DNA of 64,000 bases from Utricularia gibba (taxonomy: Eukaryota > Plantae > Magnoliophyta), in NCBI GenBank assembly GCA_002189035.1, contig NEEC01000011.1:3162001-3226000 (forward strand), read 5' to 3'. Below, piece after piece: positions 49,274 through 63,185 of the stretch. The position numbers were made by a program, and so were the translations under genes. The notes beneath the pieces are model-generated. The model made no database searches. It worked only from the letters and a program-made list of their open reading frames with translations, and was not told the origin of the DNA. Each line of letters starts with the position of its first letter. Within the stretch, counting starts at the first letter, position 1.

Positions 49274-49788
49274 ATGGCGCAGGTACCCATCTTTCAGTTT
49301 CAGATAGATAAGGAAAGGCATCCAATGATTTCTTGTTTCTGCAGAAGGTGGTGATCAAGATTCTTAGCATGAGCGATGAGAAATCTAAGCAGAAATCCAT
49401 CGAAGCCGTGGCTGATATTCTTGGTAACTTCCTCTTGTTGAAGATTGAATGATTCTTATATCGAAAAGGGTTGATGGGTTGCTTTCGTCGTGTACATTCG
49501 GACTGAGTAGGGTCATGGTTTCTGAATTCAGGGGTCGATTCAATCTCCGTGGATATGAGCAATCACAAGCTGACTGTGATCGGGGAGATGGACGCGGTGG
49601 CGGTGGTGAAGAAGCTGAAGAAAATCGGGAAAGTCGATATTTTATCGATCGGACCCGCGAAGGAGGAGAAGAAGGAGGAGAAAAAGGAGGAGGGGAAGAA
49701 AGAGGAGAAGAAAGAAGAGAAGAAGGAGGAGAAGAAAGAAGAGAAAAAGGAGGAACACAAGGAAGAGAAGAAAGCACAAGGAAAGTAA
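49274..49788 (+). CDS. HMA-domain protein (HIPP39/HPP-like) with KKEE-repeat tail, 3 exons
   Basis: MAQ|[26 protein letters not shown]|[50 protein letters not shown]... Confidence 0.9.
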
Positions 49789-49847
49789 AGAAGTTTATCT
49801 GTCTATTCACTAGATGGATGACACAGAGATCACACAGCTTCTGTAAT

Positions 49848-50964
49848 CTATAAGAAGAATACGTATTTGGAAAGAAGAGCCCTATAAACCCTTTCGGACT
49901 CCAGACAACCATCACGAATCACGTCACTGACCAAAGGGGAGATTTCAGAAGTGTCATAATTTACCAAGTGCATTAGCCTCGCCCTGAACTCTGTTATGTG
50001 ATCCATGACCTTCGCCGTTTCGATCGTTCGGCGTCTGATGCAGGAAAAAGCACAGAACTTGCCACATATAAAAAAGGTGGGATCGAATGCTACCTGTTGG
50101 ACAAGATCCAGAATGATCGACAAGGTATCTTGTTGGTCAATGGGAACAACACTCATTGTCCACTGAGCTTGATCAATCGTCGAGAGCAGTAGCATAACTG
50201 CACCAGATTCCATTATAAACTTCTGAGATAAGTGAAGACGAATGCGCGGTATCCATTGAAGATAATGGGAATTGAGATCACCATCTACAAGACTGACGAT
50301 GTTTGGCATTCAGATAGAACACGCTCATTTCCTAAGTAAATGCGCAAACATCCGATTCGTTGTTAAAGGGCAGATCTTGAAAACAGCAAGGAGATCTTGA
50401 AATAAAGGCCGTTGATGTTGTTCAATTGAAAGCACATGCACACTGAAAGGGGGGCTTTTAGATTCTTCACATGATGGGGGTTCAGGGAATTGCAGTTGGC
50501 GTGAAAGCAACTGCCGGAGTTTCTAGCTCCGGTGAACCGATTAAGTAGCAACTGTAAAGCAATGATTTTGCTTAAACCGCATCACTCTCAACAGCATGAC
50601 TAAAGACAAACCGCATCTTTATCAATATTGCCTTTGCAATCTTCTCAAGAAAATGAAAGGAAAATTCTTGCGTCTGTAGTCTGCTACTCAGTGAAACCTG
50701 GAGCGACATCAAAAAGAAAAACCGCATACTCGCGCAGCAGTTTTCCCCTGTGAGTAGCTTTCCCGCGCCCGTGCCCCGCAATTAGCCCCTGAATTCCGAT
50801 TTCGTATTCGAATCAGAAGTGGGAAGATCGGCATCCTCCTCATCATTTACACAAGAAGCAGTAGTAGTTCGCTCGGAATCTTCAATTTTTTGTTTTTTTG
50901 GCTGAATCGATTTATCCCTCACCCTTTTTTATTTTGTTGATGAATCTGGTTATCGTTTCGCCAT
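49848..50964 (-). pseudogene. Interrupted ORF fragments, possibly a Ulp1/C48-peptidase-like relic of a DNA transposon
   Basis: A 153-aa ORF (49848-50309) is preceded by in-frame stops and more protein-like fragments. It shows a weak resemblance to the C48 pattern (QWTMSVV...ILD, QV...ICGKFCAF, HITEFRARLMHLV). No TIRs seen. Confidence 0.25.
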
Positions 50965-51162
50965 GATCCTTCGTTCAGATGATTCCTCTGTATTTTGCAA
51001 ACAGGGTTGTGTATATTATATTCCACAGAATAGGGGTGATCCACTTGTCACCTAAAATGCAGCCGTTAGTTCTGACAGCGGGAACATTAGAATGCACTCC
51101 ACAGAGCAAACTTGACATGAGTGAATCCAGAATATGGTGTATTTAATCAGTGTTATAAGTTT

Positions 51163-54100
51163 CTAGTTTTTCTTGGCACCCTTCAGATTTCGAAGGCTCA
51201 TTACAAGCTGTTGTCTTTCACCTTCTACCTCAGCAAACCTAAGACTTATTTCTGAGTACCTTTCCCGCATCTCCTTCAGTTCTTGTTCCATTCTTCTGTT
51301 TTTGTCTTTCAGTGATTCCACTTCGCTTAACGAAATGGAATTGTTAGTACCATCACCATTGTGGCCGCAGGTCTCTCGTGCAGGAAGATCTTTTGAGTTC
51401 GTGAATGCAGTAGTAGGGCATTCTCCGGGCAGATCGAGTTGCTTACGCTTCTGTATAGAATACATGAAACATGTGAATGAGTTCAATAAATTGGAGGTTG
51501 AAAAGTGATTCCTTTTTTTATGAGCAATGAATAGCTTACCTGCTCTTTCTTGCATAAGTCACCTTGTAGTTTAGAAACCTCCTTCTTCAGGCTTTCCTTC
51601 TCAGATTTGAGATCGAGCAGTTGATTCTTCACCTCATTGTTCTTAAGCCGTAGTTTCCTGACTTCCAGATGCAGGTTTTCTTCCTTGGCCTTCTTCTGGT
51701 CGAGTTGAAACCTCATAGAAGCATTATCTTCAGTCAATTTACCTGCTTCTTTCCTGACTGAAGTTAGCTGCCTCTCTAGATCTTCTTTTTCCATCTTCAG
51801 CATCTGTAGCATCTCCATTTCCCATTTTGTTTCTACAGATTCATTGCCACGAGTAGGTCCTTCTGCTACTGAAAGCTCCTTGTTGCTTCCTGTGGTCTCA
51901 TCATGATTTACTTCATGCTGGCGTCTTAAAATTTGAAGCTCCTTTTCTGCTTCGTGGAGATGATGCTCAAGTATTTCATTTTCCTTCCGCAGATTGCTAG
52001 TTTCTGCGTTTGCTTGCTCTGTTGATTTCTCATATTCTTCAAATCTCTTTAAGTTTTCAGCATCAAGCTCCTGGAATTCTTCTTTGAGTCTCTGGATCAT
52101 ATCTGCGTTACTGGACCTTGTCCTTCTTAAGGCTTCCTCGGCTCTCACAGCCCTCTTTTCCAACTCCGCATTTGCCGAGTTCAGTGTCTCCAGATCTTGT
52201 TCTGCAAGTTCTTCTTGCCTTTTCAGTTCTTCCTGCAGACTATCCACCTGAACCTCAAGTTTGTTGATCATATTTAAGGATTCGGTATACTGAAACACCT
52301 GCCTTTCACTCTCTTCTTCAAGATCTGCTACTCGTGTCTTGAGATGGCTCACCTCTGAAGACAGTTCCTTGCAGGATTTTTCAATTTCCACTTTTTCTCT
52401 TTCCGCTCGCTCTAACTTGAAGTACAGTTCCTTGTTTTCTGTTTCCAAGCTTTCGTAATCCTCTGTGAGGTTCTCTGCCTCCATAAGAATATTAGCTTTC
52501 TCCTTCTTAAGAAGTTCTATTTCCGCCTTGAGCTTCTCCACGTTCTTCAAAACTTCTCCCTCTGCATCTCTGCCATACTTTTCCACGTCTCTGGATATTC
52601 TACTGTCTTCCTGCCGATCAAATTTCTTACTCAATGGTGCTGTATCCTTGGATCCAATTTGCACTGCCTTGATCTTGTTTGAAAGCTCAGATACTTCTGT
52701 TTCTTTCAGATCCAACTTCCTGGTAAGATCCTTCATTGCAAGAACATACTCAGAGTTTGAGTCTTCAATCTCCTGTAATTGTGATTTCAACCTCTTATTC
52801 GACAGCTTTTGATTTTGAAGCTCGCGCTTGGTATTCTCCAGTGTAGCTTTGATATCATCATTTTCCTGTTTCCTCCCAGAAACCATCTCATCCTCCCATG
52901 CTCTTGAAGATCTGAGGCGTTCACATTCAACCTCAAGGGCACCCTTTTCTTCCTTCAGGCCAATTACTTGCATGGCTAGTTGCTCTACGTTCCTCGTTTC
53001 CTTTATAAGTTGCTTTCGGAGAGACTGCATCTCTAAATCAGAAACTTCCAGCTTTCTCTCCAGCATCTTAACTTCATATCTCAGTGAATTTCCTTTCACC
53101 CCATTCCTTGTTTCTGAAGTACTGGTTTCGGATTCGGCATCATCCAAGCTCTCGTTCCGATCGTCGAGAACAGGCGTTTCTGCACTTAGCTCATCACTCT
53201 ACATAACAAGAAGCAGTATTCTGATCATGGATCATGGATGCATACTCATTGCACTACGTTTGAATGGGAGCAAATTGCTGGAGACCTTACTTCAGGTGAC
53301 ATTGGATACTTTTGTCCAACGCCTTGAGTGTCTCTCCCGGAGTCCAGATTCTGATAGCATGATTCATCCTCCCTTGTTGTTTCACAAACATCATCGTGCC
53401 TGCAATTTCACCATTGAAGGAAATATACATGTTCATCATCTCCGAATTGAAGCTTCTCTGTAATGACAGAAAGATCATATAAAAACCCCACCTTGACTCA
53501 GAGCCTTCTCCATTCATCCTCTGTACAGTGACCTAACAACAGTAACCACCATCAGCAAGGCCAAGTTTTGCAGCTTGGCCTAATGATATACAAGCAGACA
53601 GAAAGAACTAACATGTAGTATGGTGCCAGATTTGGAGGTCTGAAGAGGAAGACTCAAGTGAAGTGGTTTCATGGCATTCACAAGGTCTGCAAAATCAACT
53701 GACACTTCTCCCAAAAATCCAGACTTTGATGAGCCCTGTGAATGCAAGCAAAGTTTTGCTGTTATGGGATCTGTTCTCATCAAATGTAACTCATAGCGTT
53801 GATGAATGGCGACTTACTGTTGAAACAACAACGTAGTAGAACTTCTCCCTGATACGCCCTGTTTTGATCTCCTTCACCAGTTTTACAGATTCATACACAG
53901 GCTTCTCCCATGTACAAGTTCCTTCCAGGATCGGTGCCTTGGGCAATCTCGTTGTGGGCTTCCCGTCATCTACTGGGACAAGAGAAATCATGAGCTTTTT
54001 CGCCTTCAGCTGCGGTACCTGAGTCAAGGAATCGAATCACGTGTAAGAATTCCGCATCCAAAACATTCCTGATCTTCTCGGACTGTTCAAGGTTTAATCG

Positions 54101-54310
54101 TTCATCATGAAATGACAAGAGCAAAAAAAATCAGTTTCGAAACGCATTAGCGACCATTTCTTCAGATTTGAACTCAACCCTAGAAACCACCATCATCTCT
54201 AAAATCGGCAAACTCTAGTTCCCGTTGCCAACGCACAAAAAAAGTACCTGGGTAGCATGAAACTGCATTTTGAATACAGCTTTGATCTTCTTCTCGCTTC
54301 TTCTGAACAT
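51163..54310 (-). CDS. NT-C2 (EEIG1/EHBP1 N-terminal C2) domain plus long coiled-coil (myosin-heavy-chain-like) protein
   Basis: MFRRSEKKIKAVFKMQFHATQ|VPQLKAKKLMISLVPVDDGKPT...CTWEKPVYESVK...|GSSKSGFLGEVSVDFAD, a 554-aa heptad-rich ORF, and C-terminal ELKEMRERYSEISLRFAEVEGERQQLVMSLRNLK. Confidence 0.9.
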
Positions 54311-55255
54311 TTTTCCCTCCTTGAATACACAGGAAAGTCTGTGCGGGACTGGAATCGGATCTGGAGTCCTTTATTGCTATTCCAGTGGTAGGTGAATGAA
54401 TGAATGGGCATCAATTAAAAATCTGAATTAACTTATCCGCCTGTTCAATCAAAGAACAGGATACAAGTTGCAGTCGCCACATCGCACCTCCGGAAGACAT
54501 CTTGCCACAGGTTGCAGAGTGAAAGCTCCGTCTTTTCCACGTCGAGCTTGGACGACTCGTCGACCCATCTGCAAACAAGTGAAACCCAGTTACCAGAAAG
54601 CTCGTTGGTCGAACGCAATCGTCTTCCCAACGGAGGGAGGTACTCCAGAGTTGGTATACTAAAAAGAAAACAACCCAAGCACTTTATTCTGCCTTGTGTC
54701 GGTGGGATTTGACGCTGGTTGCCACTCCACTCTCTTTTGAGTAGCATCTTGGAGCTGTCTGTCCGGTGATTAGTTAAGGAAGATTATTAAGCCATGATTA
54801 GGTTTAGGAAGCAATAATCATCCCCCACGGCGCGCGCCCCCAATTGTATTGAATGCTTCCATAAATGCTCTGGGCCATCTTGGCTCCTTGATCCTTGACT
54901 ACACAGAAAGTGAACATTTCAGAAGGAATGCAGCAGAAGAGAGACAGGGCGCAGCCCAAAGGTACATCTTGGATGCTTCTGATGATCTGATTCTTCGAAT
55001 TGAATTCAATATAACTCTATATTAAACTCATGATCTTAAAATATTGATAGTGATGAAGACTTGCAGCAAAGTATTTATTATAAGTTCAATTCAATAGCAA
55101 GAGACAAAGCTAACGCTATCAGAAGGCATGGTAGATAATGAATGCAACCTACGGCTACCTAAGCCTCACTCAATAGTCGCACTAGCAAAACTTATTATGG
55201 CATCAAGACGCGCGAGATTCCGCGTCAGCTCAGTATTCCATCTGGGATCTGTAGT

Positions 55256-56519
<1,264 letters not shown>

Positions 56520-57057
56520 CCTGCCCTTTCCAGTTCTCCAACTCTACTGCCTGATGAAACCCGCTTTGCCGCCGAAGATCAGAACTCAAATGGGCTGGAC
56601 AAGATTTTCAAATCTGAAGTATAATTCTTTAATTCTATTTTACCCTGTTACTTTTTATATAATGTATTTGGGCCATGGGCCTATTAATCAACCGCTAGAA
56701 AGGGGCTTACCCGCAACTCATCAGGCCCCAACAAGCCTGGCCTGCAAAAAATAACCTTCTCGCCATTGGAAGAAATAATATCATATTCGAAAATTAAAAT
56801 GATATGGTTGAATATATAATAAATTATGTATCATTAGTAATTGATTGTATTTACATTTTTTAAAATATAATTCATATTTATTACATATTTCAAGTTCACA
56901 TATATGTTTATCCAATCTATCAAATTTATAATTTTAATATGTTATCATATCATTTATCTTGGACCACGATTTGGGCATCTTAGATGGGTTTCAAGGTGGC
57001 ATGAGTTATGATTAAAAAAAAGTATTCACCATATAAAAGAAAAGTAAGTTCAACTTG

Positions 57058-57060
<3 letters not shown>

Positions 57061-57090
<30 letters not shown>
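57061..57090 (+). repeat. (AT)15 microsatellite
   Basis: Read directly from the sequence. Confidence 0.95.
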
Positions 57091-57093
<3 letters not shown>

Positions 57094-57862
57094 ACGATTT
57101 ATTTTCTTTTTACATAATATTATACGTTTTGAACACTCAATTTATATTTTCTTTTTTCAAAGAAATGACTTAATCAATTTAAGATTTGACTAAACTTACA
57201 CTACCTTTCCTGGGTCGAGGCATTTTAAATAATCTCACATTTATTATTTTGTTAGACTCCAAATAACCCATGGAATCTTTAAATTCAACCGTCACCATTC
57301 GATCAAGATCAATTGAAAAAGAAGGAAAATTGAGTGGTTGTTGCGGTGTTGTTGTGAAATGGGTATTTAATGATTCATTGATGCTAATAATGTCGCCTAC
57401 TGCCGGAATCGAACAAGTATCGTTAGGGAGGCTCGGCTGGGCTCGGCACCCTGAACTCGTTTGTTTTCCATTTAACGCCATTGAATGAAATAGTGGTTGT
57501 TGGAAAAGACAGTAACCGGGAGGGCGTTAAATGGTGCAGCATTTGATAGGCTGTCGAGAAGAGGACATGTTGGCGAGATTCCCGGTGAGTTCTTGCCCTG
57601 AAATCTTTAGATGACCGACGCCACGCCCTCTCTTATTGTTCAACTGTAACTGCACTAACATACAACACTGCGGCTGTGGCTGTGGCTGTGGCTGTGGCCC
57701 TGAAAAGAATCATGTCTTCCCGAGGTATCCGCGCCTCCTCTCTCTCCATTATAAATGAAGCGGAACGCCATGGCTTCTGCTACTCCCCCGCATTCTACTC
57801 AGCTTCTGTCTACCCTTCTTGTGTGTTTGTGTGTGTGGGTGTGTGGGTTTGATTCTTCGGGA

Positions 57863-59847
57863 ATGGGTCTTCTTTCAACCTGTCTGATTTTGGTCTTCTT
57901 GTTATCGGCTTCTTGTTTTGCAGAGCGAGGTATGCATGCCATTTGTGTTCTTGTTCATATGGATTTGGGCTACAATGGGATGTCGTGTACTGATAATCTG
58001 GTTTTGATTTTGTGGGTGTAAGCGCCATATACTTCGTTTGTGAAAGATGCGGTCTTGGCGCCGCAGGCGGGGAGCTACGATTACATAATCGTCGGCGGGG
58101 AACGGCGGGGTGCGCGCTGGCGGCGACGTTGTCGGAGAGTGCGAGAGTGATTATGCTGGAGAGGGGAGGGCTACCGTACGACAACCCAAACGTGACTCAC
58201 ATCTCGGGTTTTCAGGCGGGTCTGGATGACACGTCGCCTGAATCCGCCGCGCAGGTGTTTGTATCCACCGACGGCGTTTTCAATCACCGCGGCCGCGTTC
58301 TTGGAGGTAGCTCCGCCATCAACGCCGGGTTCTACACTCGCGCGAGCAGTGATTACGTGAAGGCGGCGGGGTGGGACCCCCGCCTCGTGGAGGAATCGTA
58401 CAGGTGGGTTGAGAATAAGGTGGCCTTTTGGCCGGTTGTTCGCCAGTGGCAGGCCGCGGTGCGCGACGGCTTACTGGCCGCCGGAGTTTTACCGTACAGA
58501 GGATCCTCCTTGGAGCATCGCCGTGGGACTAAAATCGGAGCCTCCACATTCGATCAGGGTGGCCGTCGCCATTCCGCCGCAGATTTGCTAGAATACGCCG
58601 TTCCGGAGAGGCTCACTGTCTTCTTACATGCGACAGCAGAACAGATTATATTCCAGACATCTTCAGGTTTTATTCAATAACAATAATAATTTAATATTTA
58701 AAATATTATTTTATTCTTATCTTTACAGGAGGACGGCCTAAGGCCTCCGGCGTCTATTACCGGGACTCCAGGGGCGGAAGGCACGCCGCGTATTTGAATA
58801 CCGGGCCTGGGGCGCAGGGCGATGTGATTCTCTCCGCCGGAGCCGTGGGTAGCCCACATCTATTGATGCTGAGTGGCATCGGGCCGGCGAATCAACTCTT
58901 AGGCCACAACATTCCGGTGGTTCTGAACCAGCCAATGGTGGGTCAGGGGATGTCCGATAACCCCATGAACGCAATCATGGTGCCGTCTACTCGCCCCGTT
59001 GAGGTCTCCCTCATCGAAGTGGTGGGCATCACAGACGCCGGCACCTACATTGAGGCCGCCAGCGGGCTCTACCACTACGGATCGGCCCCGCCGTCGCCCA
59101 GCTCCTTGCAAACCTCGTCGCTAACGAGGTTGGTAAAAGCCTCACCCAATACGCATGCATCTCGACTGGACTCAATGCATGTATTTAACTAAGAGTGATT
59201 TCATCTGTATCAGAGTTCGCCGGAAAGGCAAGATATCATGAATCCTGATGTGGCCGCCGGAGTAATCCTGGAAAAGATCATGGGGCCGTTTTCAAAAGGG
59301 TACATGGAGATTGAAAACAGGGATCCAACCGACACTCCCATCATAACTTTCAACTACTTCCAGGACAAAAGAGACCTGGAGAGGTGTGTACGGGGCATGG
59401 AGATCATCAGAAACGTGGTGGAATCGAGCGCCGTTTCGTCGTTCCGGTACCCCTTCACCTCCTTCGAGTCACTAACCAGCTTAATGCTCGGCCTCCCCAT
59501 CAACCAGAGGAGAAGGGACTTGACCGCCCGCTATTCCATGGAGAAATTCTGCATGGACACCGTGATGACCATCTGGCACTACCACGGCGGGTGCTTGAAA
59601 AACCACGTCGTCGACGGCGACTACCGGGTGATCGGGGTGGATTCCTTGCGCGTCATCGACGGATCGACGTTCGACTCCTCGCCGGGGACCAACCCTCAGG
59701 CCACCGTCATGATGCTGGGAAGGTGATCAACCTCGTCCTCATAACAACTGAAACCAGCCATTAAATGATCTCTGTGTGCGTGTGTGCAGGTACATGGGGA
59801 GGAGGATTTTACAGGAAAGGGAGGCTCAGACACAGAGACACGGCTGA
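57863..59847 (+). CDS. Secreted GMC (glucose-methanol-choline) oxidoreductase, HOTHEAD/mandelonitrile-lyase-like, 5 exons; apparent -1 frameshift at 58097-58100
   Basis: Signal-peptide exon MGLLSTCLILVFLLSASCFA, YDYIIVGGG(T)AGCALAATLS (FAD motif after adding one G), RGRVLGGSSAINAGFY, VILSAGAVGSPHLLMLSGIG, TIWHYHGGC and SPGTNPQATVMMLGRYMG. Confidence 0.93.
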
Positions 59848-61936
59848 GCACACCACACACGACTGTAACACAAACCGGCGCACCGTTCTGAAGTTGGCAT
59901 TTCTCCCACAAAACGGCTGATGACACCAGAGCTGCGACCGAGCTGCGGTGGCTTCCTGATTGATTTGGGAACTAAAGTTTACATTTCATGTTTTCCGGTC
60001 GACCATTTTATAATTGATCGTAGTTTTTTTATTTAGTAGCATGTTTTAAAACACAGATTTCAATAAGATTTTGATTTCATGCCATTGAAAAAAAAAGAGA
60101 TTTTGATTTTAATAAATTGTGTCGAATAACTAATTTAGTACAATAATGATATTATTGTGAAATAATGAAAACTAAAAATATTGGATCTGTTATGCAATTT
60201 AAGGTTGTGATTAAAATTATGTCGGATAAAATCGATTTTAAAATTATGTGAATTTTCGTGATATAACATAAAATTATATTGTAAAATTTAATAAAATAAT
60301 TTATATATTATAAAATTTAAATATATTAAATTATTATATAAATTATATTATGATATGAATATATTTTTAGAAGACATAAAAGTTGAATAGTGTAATTTAT
60401 CCAATTAATCACTGAAATGGTGATTTAAGAATTCAATAATTTTTAAATTTAATTACAGAATCTGAATTTTTAATTTTATTACTGAATAATTATAGATTAG
60501 AATCTTAAAAAATAAAAAAAAAGAATTACTTCAAAAAATTATGAAAATATAAAAATGCTCGATACTCTAAATAATGGCAGTTAAAATTCTAGGTGCATTC
60601 AATATTGAAAGATCAATTATGATAATAAAAATTAAATAACGGAAAATAATTGTACTATTACAATAAATAATATGAATTTTTGACGTCAGCATTCAGGTTT
60701 TAGTTAAGGTTTTTGAGGAGAGGATTGCTGAAGTTGGGCCTTCGCGGTTGTTGAGCCTCCAGTTGGGAACTGCATCTGCCTTCTCCTTCGTGCGTTGATT
60801 TTCTTTTGTGGGAGGTTTCTGGAGGGCTTCCCGGTCGTGAAAAGTGAAAACAGGCACGATGAGGAAGCTTTATTCCACTTTGGTCATCGCCCGAGCAAAG
60901 AATCGAGGAACCCAATTCGCCATGTACACGCGTCCCACATATGGGAGCAAGGTGAGAGACAGACAGCGACGGAGGAAAATGGCTCGATTAAGGCAAGAAA
61001 AACAAATCTGTGCTTTGAGTCATGCAAACGCGCCTCCTCAAATGATGGATAGAGTAGATGGATCTCAGAGAAATGAGCCACGCTGATGGCTCTCCTCCAT
61101 CCAGTTGGACGTCGGAGGAGTACTCTGTAAGTTGCGTTGTCAACTTTTGGATCGTTGGTTGTCAAATCATTGTACGATGATTCGACGTTCAAGGAAAAGA
61201 GCCTCCATTTATTTACCCACCAGCATCCTTGCAAAACTTTACACCCTTTTTCTTTTCTGCTGAGTAACTGGTTTTTTTACTAGAAATTGCTGTGGTAAAA
61301 CCCGTCGTCTGTGTTCTTTTCTTCTCCAGTCATATTTAGCTAAAACAGGATACTGGTAACAAAAAGATCGTCTCTTGCGTTTACCGTTTTTGATGGTTGC
61401 ATTATTTTAGGTTTAACTTTTTGTAGGCGTTTCCATTTTTGCTTGTGAGCCACAGACAAGAAGCACAATGAATACGGGGTTTGTGGGTTCTGTGGTCTAG
61501 AAATAAAGAGATTCACAGTTCTCATCCGATTGGAAGAGAAAGCTCCCTTACTGTTTGATTGCTTGCTGCTCTATTTTCGCCATTGAAATGAAAAGTCTTG
61601 GAAAATAGCTGCACTGGTTCTTCCTTTTCCACCAAGAAAACCACAGTAAAAAATCACATTCTTGCCCTTCCTGCTTTCTGGGGCTGTTGTTTCATATTCG
61701 TTTGGTCTCATTCAAAGAAAGAGACCAAACGTGAATTGAGTTGAGGTGAGCTTTTAGGGTTTCCAAGGGTTCCCACCTTGGGAATAAAAGATGAAGATGG
61801 CTTCTTGTGTTCCATGACAGTTTCTGTTTTTCTAAGTAGTTTCAAAGCTTGCATGAAAAAAGTGTGAAGATTTCTGACTGAAAGCTTGGTTCTTTACTGA
61901 ATAAACCTTGTGGAATCCCCTCCTACAGAAGAAACA

Positions 61937-63185
61937 ATGGCTAGAGGAAAGGTTCAGCTGAGGCGGATTGAGAACGCATCTAGCAGGCAGGTGACGTTCT
62001 CAAAGCGTAGAAACGGTCTTCTGAAGAAGGCGTATGAGCTCTCAGTTCTTTGTGATGCAGAAGTTGCTTTGATCATCTTCTCCAGAAGGGGAGGCTCTAT
62101 GAATTCTCAAGTTCCAAGTAAGATGATGCTGTTTTTTCATTGTTAATCCTTATGCCCTGTCTAAGAGCCATTCAGGACACAGACATGCTTCGAGTTTCAA
62201 ATTGCTTGTTTTCACCCACGAACTGTGCATATTCTTACCAGTTCAACTGCCTGTTTACACACATAGGGAGCTAATGCATGATTTTGCTCGTTTCAGTGTG
62301 CAGATGCTGATACAAAAGTATTTAGAACACAGGAAAGAACAAGTCACTGGCCCGGAGGCAGAAGAACGCATTGAGGTTTGTCTTAACAACACCATGCGCC
62401 ATGGTTTGCATGTCACTGATGTAAATCATATTTTCTTGGTGCAGCAACTGAAGCAAGAGGTCACGGTCTGCCGACAGAAGATCCAGTGGCTGGAGGCATC
62501 CCAAAAGTGAGCCAGTTTGAGTCGCATCTGTTTTAGCATGAAAACTAATTCTTCTGGATGAGATATATCAGGAAGCTTTTAGGACAGGAGCTCGGGGCAT
62601 GCTCGATGGAGGAGCTGCAGGAAATTGACAATCAGCTAGAGATAAGCCTGAACAAAATAAGATCGAGGAAGGTATGATGGTGTATTTGACACCATGAACA
62701 GAATCTGAATTTTTTTGTCTTGACTGAGGATGATGTATAATCAATCACCTAACGCTGTCTGAGAGCTGATATCACAGGCTCAGATGTTCAAAGATCAAAT
62801 TTCAAAGCTTCAAGAAAAGGTAATAAAAATATCTCTCCTCACTTCCTGTGCTGGTTTTCTCTCCTCAATCACTAGATTCTCAGATCCTTCTCGGGATCGC
62901 AGGAGAAGTTATTGCTACAAGTGAATCAAACACTCAATTTCAGGGTAAATATTTTCGATCTTATTCCATGACAGTTCTAAATCAAAGCACTCACGTACCA
63001 TATCCATGACCAAAGAAACTATCTTTGAGGTATTTCATTGCTGAAGGTTTTACATGAAGCTTTTTTGAACACTACAGCTGCAGTGCGAGTACAAGCATAT
63101 GGAAACAGGAAGCTGCTCCCAAAGCACGCAGCACTCCGAAGTGGTGACTGAGTTGTTCATCGGCCTACCAATAACGAAGAACTAG
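61937..63185 (+). CDS. MIKC MADS-box factor, SOC1/TM3 clade (AGL42/FYF-like), 7 exons; apparent -1 frameshift at ~62082-62091
   Basis: [58 protein letters not shown] (after +1 nt), K-box [34 protein letters not shown], and the C-terminal SOC1 motif [12 protein letters not shown]. Confidence 0.93.

Noticed and set aside
49660-49770. AAGAAGGAGGAG-type tandem units as a CRISPR-like or satellite array
   Set aside because: They are the coding KKEE low-complexity tail of the HMA protein; there is no spacer structure and the DNA is eukaryotic.
60795-61234. ORFs 60795-61052, 60844-61086 and 60884-61234 upstream of the MADS gene
   Set aside because: No recognisable domain or splice structure; more simply MADS upstream regulatory or leader sequence.
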